NCBI RefSeq assembly: GCF_001194135.2
Contig: NC_068982.1
Span: 30,428,398-30,475,872, forward strand
Direction of reading: 5' to 3'
DNA length: 47,475 nt
Origin: Octopus bimaculoides
Taxonomy: Eukaryota
Shown: piece by piece, positions 38,429 to 47,475 of the stretch
Layout of the letters: each line of letters begins with the position of its first letter
How positions within the stretch are numbered: position 1 is the stretch's first letter
Notes under the pieces: generated by a model
Database searches by the model: none
What the model was told of the DNA's origin: nothing
The model's input: only the letters and a program-made list of their open reading frames with translations
Position numbers and translations under genes: made by a program

Positions 38429-39378
38429 GTGTGTGTGTGTGTTTATGCATTTATGTATATATACTCACACACACATATACACATACATATAAATTCTCTG
38501 TGGGAATGGTAAATATTTAAAATATTTATGCCTGTAACTAGAATCACGCACTCTATTCTGAAACCCTCTTATATAATTCACTTCCCACTGGTTTTTCTTC
38601 ATATGCTTCAAAGTTATCACCATTCTTTTCAACCTGAAAACAGCAATAATCTTTGAAAGTCAACTTGTAAATTTATATTGCATTTCGCTTTCTTTCGTGT
38701 CTTTCAAATGTAAATTCATATTTAGAAGGAAGGGAGTAAAAAGGAAAAAAAAAAAGGCTTTCTCAAAGTTTTAGTACTGTATTGTCTTCATTGCTTTTTT
38801 TTTTTCTTTAGATAACAATATTGTTTCCAATATTTGTCTTTATGATTGTATTTTTTATATTTTATTACAGTACGTACACACACCGAGAATATATTAAATC
38901 CATGTTATTTTATTGTTCTTGTTCTACTTCTTATTTGCTTTCTTTGTTTCATCTCTTCGTTGTTTACTGCATTTTATTAGTTTATTATTCTTACCTTTTT
39001 CTAGTTAATATTTTCACAGCGAGACTAAATATATGTTTATTAAATATATGCATATAACTCCATATACATATATGTGTGTGAAAGAGAGAAATTATAATTT
39101 ATTTAAAGTTTACCTTTGTTTTTTTGTTTTTTTCTCTTCTGTTTTTTCGTATTTTCTCGTGATTTTATTTTTTCTTTGTTTTTTTTTTTTGTTTTTGTTT
39201 TGGCTCTCTCTTCATTTCCTTTTCAATGTACTTATAAAATGACTTGCCATCTGTCCAACTTCAAGAAGTCGATCTGTGTAGCATAATGCAGTGAAGTTGT
39301 CCTCTGATGAACTGGTAAATAGCTAATGGAATGGCCTGTTGTATTGGAGTGGACAGTGACCGGTTTCTTTCAGTTTCT

Positions 39379-39792
39379 TATTTCTTTACTACCCACAAGG
39401 GGCTACACACAGAGTGGCAAACAAGGACAGACAAACGGATTAAGTCGATGATATCGACCCCAGTGCGTAACTGGTACTTATTTGATCGACCCCGAAAGGA
39501 TGAAAGGCAAAGTCAACCTCGGCGGAATTTGAACTCAGAACGTAGCGGCAGATGAAATACTTATTTCGTTATTGCCCACAAGGGGCTAAACATAGAGGGA
39601 ACAAACAAGAACAGACGAACGGATTAAGTCGATTACATCGACCCCAGTGCGTAACTGGTACTTAATTTATCGACCCCGAAAGGATGAAAGGCAAAGTCGA
39701 CCTCGGCGGAATTTGAACTCAGAACGTAACGGCAGATGAAATACCGCTAAGCATTTCGTCCGGCGTGCTAACGTTTCTGCCAGCTCGCCGTC
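39379..39792 (-). mobile_element. Young family B SINE dimer with 14-bp TSD inside an older family A SINE
   Basis: TSD ttctttcagtttct at 39365-39378 and 39793-39806. Full copy 39561-39792 plus a 5'-truncated copy 39379-39560. The host family A copy continues to about 39945. Confidence 0.9.
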
Positions 39793-41422
39793 TTCTTTCA
39801 GTTTCTATCTACTTAATCCACTTACAAAGTTTTGATCAACCTCCGACTTTTTTTAGAAGACATATGTTCAAGGTGCCACACTGTGGGACTGAACTCTGAA
39901 TCATGTTGTTTGCGAAGTAAACTTCTTCACCACACAGCTATGCCTGTGCAATGCATTTATGCATTTTTACAACTTTACATTTTGTATCATCTTATTTTTG
40001 TTTCTACTACGACTGAAACTTTTTTATTTCTTGTTAACATTTTATTTATACTGTTCAAAGGACTCTGCAGTGTTTAGCGATATTCCTTTAATCTTGAAGT
40101 TCAAATCTTGCCAGCATTGCGTTTACCTTTTTTTCCTGCACCCCACTCTCAAAGTCACTAGGGAAAAGAAGGATTAGTTTAATCAGCTCTACTCCCTCCC
40201 AAACATTTGTGGCTTTATACCTTAGAAATCAATATTTATTCTCTGTGCTGATATGATTGTCTATACTGAATTTCTGGTCCCCAATCCATTAAAGGCTTTC
40301 TAGATTTAAATTTTTACATATCTTTCCTTTTTTCTAATGCATGGAATAATGTGATAAAGCCATAAATCTTACCCAGTAAGTGAGGTAGTCAAAAATAGCA
40401 AGCTTTTCTATCTATATGTATTGGATATTTTCCATTTCCCTGCTTTGCTTGGCACTAAATAGATACTGAAGTTGAACACGTCACTTCATGTAGCTGCGAA
40501 ATATTTCCAAAAAGAGTCAACATAATTTTCACTTTCTTTTTTTTGTTACAAATATTTCCTAGTTAACAAGTGCTTTCATGTTTCTATCAGTATAGCAGTG
40601 CGAGTACAAAAATATGCATTGCTATTTATAATATTTGCGGAAAAATAGTTTGGTCATTATACGTCCCTGTCAATAGGAAGCTAACACTATATTATTATTA
40701 TTCTTGGCTTATGTGTTATGTTCTCGAGCAAAGTACCTCATTTCATGTTGTTCCAATCCACTCAGCCAGCAGAAGTGAGTAACCCTGTGATAGATCAGCA
40801 TCCTGTCCAGGGGTAATGTATGCATCACATAAACTGGGGAAACCAGCCCTTTAAGTTTATGTGACTCAGGAATGACCTTCAATTTTGCTTTTTTATAAAT
40901 AGACTGAACTACATGTATTTAGTACTTTTTCTAGCATTTTTGTATCCAACACTATATGTGTATACATTTGCTCACACATCTATGCATGCATGTACACACA
41001 CACACACAAACAAACAAATGATCTTACTCTTAACTGACCCTTCATTCTTTCTCTACACAATGTTCTAATGCTCTTTGTCCTTCAGTGACTCTCCTGACCC
41101 TCACCACTCTCATTTATTTTTCTCTCATTCATGTTACTTTTCTATCATACCTTCCATCCATGCTCACTCTTACACTGTGTGTTAACCTTATACATCCCAT
41201 ACACCACCCACCCTCTCACTAATGCCTGTCGTAAACGCCTCTCCTTTTCTCTGTTCCTTCCATACTCCTTCCCTCACTATTGTCTACTCTATTAGTCTCT
41301 CTACTACCATATAATCTGTTCCATTCGTAATACTTTATCCTGGCTAGAATTATCACACCCTTTCTTCTCTGCTTCAGTTATAGAGTCCTCTTCAGGCTGT
41401 TAGTCTTTCATACTGCAATGTA

Positions 41423-42035
41423 CAAGGGTGAGTCAAAAAGTAATGCCAGGTATAATTACTAACACAGGAACATGTATCATACATCAAAATGAAGCTGGTC
41501 CTCTGGATCACATCCCTACTTCTCAACATAGTCACCGTTACTCTCAATAGCAATGTTCCACCTTCGAATGAGAGCATGTATCCCTGCCCAGTAAAATTAT
41601 GTTGTCTGTTCTTTGAACCACTTCTTCACTACAGTTTTCACTTCCTCATCACTGGAATAATGTTTACCTCTCAAACGCTCTTTCATGGGGCCAAAGAGAT
41701 GATAGTCCAGTGATGAGGAAGTGAAAACTGTAGTGAAGAAGTGACTCAAAGAACAGTCAACAGGATTTTTCGTGGCAGGGATATATGCTCTCATTCGAAG
41801 GTGGAACATTGCTATTGAGAGAANNNNNNNNNNAACAGTCAACAGAATTTTACAGGGCAGGGATACATGCTCATTCGAAGGTGAAACATTGCTATTGACA
41901 GAAACGGTGATTGTGTTGAGAAGTTGGGATGTGATCTACAGAGGACCAGCTTCATTTTGATGTATAATACATGTTCCTGTGTTGGTATTTATACCTGTCC
42001 TAAACAAAATGGCATTACTTTTTTACTCACCCTCG
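41423..42035. mobile_element. Fold-back element made of two inverted mariner 3' ends
   Basis: TA-caagggtgagtcaaaaagtaatgcc...ggcattacttttttactcaccctcg-TA. Left arm 41423-41656 encodes SDEEVKTVVKKWFKEQ, preceded by DYHLFGPMKERLRGKHY in the spacer, on minus. The right arm from 41706 repeats the SDEEVKTVVKK segment on plus. Confidence 0.85.
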
Positions 42036-42184
42036 TATATATAGAAATACATTAACATACAGGAATACATAAAGTTATTCGCACAAATTGTAGGTTATAC
42101 AGTTGGAACATAATAAGCTTCATTTTTGTTTCTGTTTGTTTTTTTTTTACTTAAGCTTTTGTTTTGTTTTTTATTTTGACTTTA

Positions 42185-42404
42185 TTCTTTTATTGGTTTC
42201 AGTCATTTGACTGCAGCCATGCTGGAGTACCGTATACAGTTGAACAAATCAACCCCAGGAGTTATTCTTTGTAAGCGTAGTATTTATTCCATCAGTCTCT
42301 TAGGCTGAACCACTAAGTTACGGTGACGCAAACACACCAACAGCTGTCAAGCGATGGTGGAAGGACAGAAACACAGACACACAAACTTATACATACATAT
42401 ATAT

Positions 42405-42450
<46 letters not shown>

Positions 42451-42600
42451 GATGGGCTTCTTACAGTTTCCATCTACTAAATCCACTTACAAGGTTTTGG
42501 GTGGCCCGAGGCTATAGTAGAAGACACTTGCCTAAGGTGCCTCGCAGTGGGACTGAACCCAGAACCATGTTGGGAAGTAAGCTTCTTGCCACTCCTGCAC
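42185..42600 (-). mobile_element. Full-length family A SINE with internal (TA)n
   Basis: Reverse complement of the family A consensus from tail to head. Confidence 0.85.
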
Positions 42601-43325
42601 CTGACTTGCTTGATTTTTTTTATTTTAGTTTTTGTTGTTTTTTTTACTTTGACTTGTTTATGTTTTTATTTTTGCTCATTATTTTTTTTTTTTTTATTTA
42701 TATATATTTCAGTTCAGGAAATTCACTGCATTTCTGTCCTGAGGAATATTGCTTGATACTTGTTATTTTTCCTCTGGTTTCCTTGTTTCATTTTAGTTTC
42801 TGATTATTCGTTTCTTTCAAGCTTGGCATTTATGATTCTGTCTTAATATTTGCAGTTCTTTTACAATTAAAATCTTGCCCTTCAAAACTATTGCTGGAAA
42901 AATCGCTACTGGTTGTTTTGAAAAGGTTGTGTTCTTTCTTTGCATTTCCGCCAGGTTATATATGAAGCCTGTAGGGTATATTTCTAATGCAAAACTGCTT
43001 TATATTGGTTTCCTTTTACTCCCCTCTTTGTTTTTTTTTTGTTGTTTTTTTTTTACCGAATTTCTCTGAGAGAGCGTAATAAATAACTCTCTTCTACCAC
43101 CACTACTTCTTTTAGTGATGAGATATAATGTGCATCATCATCGTTGTTTAACGTCCGCTTTCCATGCTGGCATGGGTGTATGTGTGTATGTATATATGTG
43201 TGTGTGTGTGTGTATTTGTATGTGTGTGTGTGTATATATATGTGTGTATATGTATGTATGTGCATATATGTATATGTATATATATATAAAATATGATTCA
43301 CACATACATATATGTATACGTGTAT

Positions 43326-43371
<46 letters not shown>

Positions 43372-43902
43372 ATATATGTATGTATGTATATATATGTATG
43401 TATGTATATATATGTATGTATNNNNNNNNNNNNNNNNNNNNNNNNNNNNNNNNNNNNNNNNNNNNNNNNNNNNNNNNNNNNNNNNNNNNNNNNNNNNNNN
43501 NNNNNNNNNNNNNNNNNNNNNNNNNNNNNNNNNNNNNNNNNNNNNNNNNNNNNNNNNNNNNNNNNNNNNNNNNNNNNNNNNNNNNNNNNNNNNNNNNNNN
43601 NNNNNNNNNNNNNNNNNNNNNNNNNNNNNNNNNNNNNNNNNNNNNNNNNNNNNNNNNNNNNNNNNNNNNNNNNNNNNNNNNNNNNNNNNNNNNNNNNNNN
43701 NNNNNNNNNNNNNNNNNNNNNNNNNNNNNNNNNNNNNNNNNNNNNNNNNNNNNNNNNNNNNNNNNNNNNNNNNNNNNNNNNNNNNNNNNNNNNNNNNNNN
43801 NNNNNNNNNNNNNNNNNNNNNNNNNNNNNNNNNNNNNNNNNNNNNNNNNNNNNNNNNNNNNNNNNNNNNNNNNNNNNNNNNNNNNNNNNNNNNNNNNNNN
43901 NN

Positions 43903-43935
<33 letters not shown>

Positions 43936-44681
43936 ATTCTGGATACTTGGTTCCTCTCTATTGTTTCATATTGCATTTCATCAACATGAAGTGTTTCTTT
44001 ATGCTTAAGCTACACCCATTTAGCTTCAAAGAGTTTTCTTCTTTTTTTATTTTTGTACCGTTTTATACCAAGTTATACACAGTGTATTTCCCTGCCTTGC
44101 AAACAAAACTTCACACATTCGTACAAAGAATACTTGTCTGCATATATTTTAGTCATATCTATGCCTAAGACACTAAAGGTGTTTAGAAATAATTGTATGC
44201 GTACGTATTTGAATGCAAGCATCAGTGCAGTCATTCATATATCTTTACCAGTGAGTTTGTATGTATGTGGATGTAGAGTTTGTATGTATTATATAAAAAA
44301 GATATACATAAAACATAATCATGTACATCGTTTAGTTTTGCTTTTTCTATGCTGTTAACAGTTAGAGAAGATATATTGAAGGAACATTCTACCATCAGAT
44401 GCCCTTCAGGTTACCAACACTTACTTGCTTTTCAAGTAACATATTTATATTCCATTGGTTTTCACACATAGAAACCTGCATCCTATACATGTATCGCTCA
44501 CAGGGGTAAACAAACTTTATGCTTCTGCTTAAATGGTAGCAATATAAAACCATGTGCAAAGAAATATTGAAACACATACAATCACACACATGTATATAGT
44601 ATATAACATATGCAGCGTTAGTTTCTTCTAACGTCCATTTTTTTTCAGGCTGGCATGGGTTAGACTGGGTATTATTTGAAG

Positions 44682-45028
44682 CAGGGGTTCTCAACCATTT
44701 TTGTCAATGGACCCTTTTGAGTACTATTTTATTCTGGTGGATGCTATGCTCATAGCTATTCAATGTTTAAAAATTAGTTTTATAGAAACTTCTTCCAAAA
44801 TTTCTATTTTGTTTTTCACACATTGACTTGTGTAAGTTGAACTATGCAAAAAGTTACAGAAAGAAACGTAGCTGTTTCTTGCAATTCATACCAATACATA
44901 CATTTGAAGGAAAATTTTCTCAGGGGCCCTTAAAATACTATTTTGGGTCCCCACATTTACTATATTGTTTCATGGACCCCCCCCCCCAAAAAAAAAAATC
45001 TAATATGGACCCCATTCAGAAATGACTG
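44682..45028. mobile_element. hAT-like MITE
   Basis: caggggttctcaacc...ccattcagaaatgactg, with degenerate 8-bp flanks atttgaag and atttaagg. Partial copies at 32010 and about 46435-46555. Confidence 0.6.
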
Positions 45029-45244
45029 ATTTAAGGCATTACATCAGTACACACATTTCCAGCAGATGATTATTAGTAGTATGTGCAGACAAACATTAAT
45101 ACACAGGTACACATGTAAAACACTCATGTGTATATAGTTTATAACATATATGTTGTTTCTTTTAATGTCCATTTCTCCATGCTGGTTTAGGATAGACAGG
45201 GAATTATTTAGACCATTACATCATTACGCATTTCCCTACACCAT

Positions 45245-45540
45245 TCACACCACCATCCAGGCATATGAAAACAACCCACACCACTCCCGGAACACACCAC
45301 ACCTCACTAACAACACACACCAATGGGAGGGAGACTAATGCAATCCACTGGTCACTAACCTAACCAGAACACTGACCCTGGAGGAAAAGAGAATACTGGG
45401 CAGAAGCCCTAAGTATGCTATCACCCAGACACTCCCGGAACACACCATCACCACACCTGTCTCCAGAATGGCATATGTGTTTCTATGGGCACAGAAGCTC
45501 AATGAAGACCAACACAGAACTTTTCATCATCTCCTTTTTG
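45245..45540 (+). mobile_element. Probable Penelope-like element ORF N-terminal fragment
   Basis: PLVTNLTRTLTLEEKRILGRSPKYAITQ resembles the VxNLSxxxLTxxExxxLxxGxxFA motif upstream of PLE reverse transcriptases; the flanks are C/A-rich. Confidence 0.5.
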
Positions 45541-45601
45541 CCTTTTTTCTACATTTTCTATCAGTTTCTTCTTTCATTGTTCAATTCTGTCATCTTTCGT
45601 T

Positions 45602-46086
45602 CTTAGCTTTTGGTTTTCCCCATCACTAATTGCTAACTTAGCTTTTGGTTTTCCCCATCACTAATTGCTAACTTAGCTTTTGGTTTTCCCCATCACTAAT
45701 TGCTAACTTAGCTTTTGGTTTTCCCCATCACTAATTGCTAACTTCNNNNNNNNNNNNNNNNNNNNNNNNNNNNNNNNNNNNNNNNNNNNNNNNNNNNNNN
45801 NNNNNNNNNNNNNNNNNNNNNNNNNNNNNNNNNNNNNNNNNNNNNNNNNNNNNNNNNNNNNNNNNNNNNNNNNNNNNNNNNNNNNNNNNNNNNNNNNNNN
45901 NNNNNNNNNNNNNNNNNNNNNNNNNNNNNNNCTAATTGCTAACTTAGCTTTTGGTTTTCCCCATCACTAATTGCTAACTTAGCTTTTGGTTTTCCCCATC
46001 ACTAATTGCTAACTTAGCTTTTGGTTTTCCCCATCACTAATTGCTAACTTAGCTTTTGGTTTTCCCCATCACTAATTGCTAACTTC
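45602..46086. repeat. 35-bp minisatellite, split by an N gap
   Basis: Unit cttagcttttggttttccccatcactaattgctaa, identical copies: about 4 before and about 4.4 after the gap. Confidence 0.95.
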
Positions 46087-46549
46087 CCAATTATCACTTC
46101 CTTCTATCTGTTCTTTCCTCCTGCCCATCATTCCTCCTAACTTAGCTTAATGTCCCCTCATAGCATAGCGTCCCCTGTTTCTCTCTGACACTCCCTCTCA
46201 CCATCCTACTAACGGCATTAACCTGTTGTCTCTCTGTACTATAATGGTTTATTAATTCCAAAGATATTTAATCCTCTATTATTACTAACATTACTCTGTC
46301 AAATGTAATGCTTCTTTACATTACTTGGAATTTATCTTGCATTATCTTGTATCTTTGAGATTTCAGTGATGTGACTTTAGAGAAAGAAACCTAACTGTTT
46401 CTTACAATACATACTAATACATACATCTAAAGCAAAAATTTTCAGGGACCCTTAGAATATTATTATAGATCCCTAGTTGACTATTTTATTGTGTAGACCC
46501 TACCCTCTTTCAAAAACAAAAAATCGTATATGGACCCCAGTTGAGAATG

Positions 46550-46787
46550 ACCATGCATACCAGCCTCCCATCTCCAAACTACCAATGTAATCCAAGGGAA
46601 AGGCAAAGCCCAATACATCTTGGTGCCAGTGATGTTGCAACTCATTTTCACAGCTGAGTGAACTGGAGTAACATGAAAATAATGTGTCTTGTTTAAGAAC
46701 ACGACACACAGCCCGGTCCAGGAATCGAACTCACAACCTTGCAATTGTAAGCCCAATATTCAAACTGCTAAACCATGTGCCTTCACT
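46550..46787 (-). mobile_element. Family D SINE
   Basis: gagtgaactggagtaacatgaaa...gtcttgtttaagaacac...ggaatcgaactc...ctaaaccatgtgcc. Confidence 0.75.
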
Positions 46788-47233
46788 CTGTATGTGTGTG
46801 TGTGTGTGTGCACCTGTGCACATTCATCTATTTAAGAGATATTTTCTGAATTCACTTTGAATTTAAGCAATTTTAGATTGCCTTGGTAATGTTGTGTTAG
46901 CACATATTTTCAGATATATTGATTCCACTGATATTTTATTGTTTCTTTTTTTTTTTCTATATCTAAATATGTTGATACAACAGAATCAATCATCAGTAAT
47001 ATGTGGTGGAATCACCAATTAAAAATATGATTTTCTCTATTCTTAATTTTGTTTATTTAAATTATACTCTGAATTTCTTGAAATTCTTTTAAGCGATATT
47101 TGAATTTACTTGTCATACATAACAAACTACCTTGGATATTAATTCTACTTGTATTTATTGGTATCTGATTGATGGAAGTAGACAACTGCCTGGATTTCTT
47201 AATCCTTTTGCTTCCTATATGTTATATATGTAT

Positions 47234-47475
47234 CATCATCATCATCATCATCATCGTTTAACGTCCGCTTTCCATGCTAGCATGGGTTGGACGATTTGAC
47301 TGAGGACTGGTGAAACCGGATGGCAACACCAGGCTCCAGTCTGATTTGGCAGAGTTTCTACAGCTGGATGCCCTTCCTAACGCCAACCACTCAGAGAGTG
47401 TAGTGGGTGCTTTTACGTGTCACCCGCACGAAAACGGCCACGCTCGAAATGGTGTCTTTTATGTGCCACCCGCAC
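47234..47475 (-). mobile_element. Young family C RTE-tailed repeat, runs off the window
   Basis: (CAT)n-cgtttaacgtccgctttccatgctagcatgggttggacg...ctggatgcccttcctaacgccaacc. Confidence 0.9.

Noticed and set aside
45602-46086. 35-bp repeat array as a CRISPR
   Set aside because: Units are contiguous with no unique spacers, the context is eukaryotic and there are no cas genes.

Overview
AT-rich, repeat-saturated eukaryotic scaffold with N gaps at about 937-1016, 4903-5002, 12343-12764, 16175-16614, 41824-41833, 43422-43902 and 45746-45931. The SINE repertoire and microsatellite load point to a cephalopod, most likely Octopus (inference). The only host coding sequence I can support is one 75-nt + strand internal exon (32937-33011) of a DDX49/Dbp8-type DEAD-box helicase, so most of the window is probably intron. 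The rest comprises about five families of tRNA-derived or RTE-tailed SINEs, remnants of Tc1/mariner (including a DD37D type), pogo-, piggyBac-, hAT- and Merlin-like non-autonomous elements, L1/Tx1, RTE and Penelope-like fragments, and micro/minisatellites. Family labels A-E below are my own. The most striking feature is a 583-bp insertion (27206-27788) with a 12-bp TSD. It folds into a hairpin with ~255-bp arms, each arm carrying a minimal type I hammerhead ribozyme motif, and it sits inside a dead mariner. A fold-back element built from two mariner 3' ends lies at 41423-42035. Nearly all ORFs in the supplied track are microsatellite or N artefacts.
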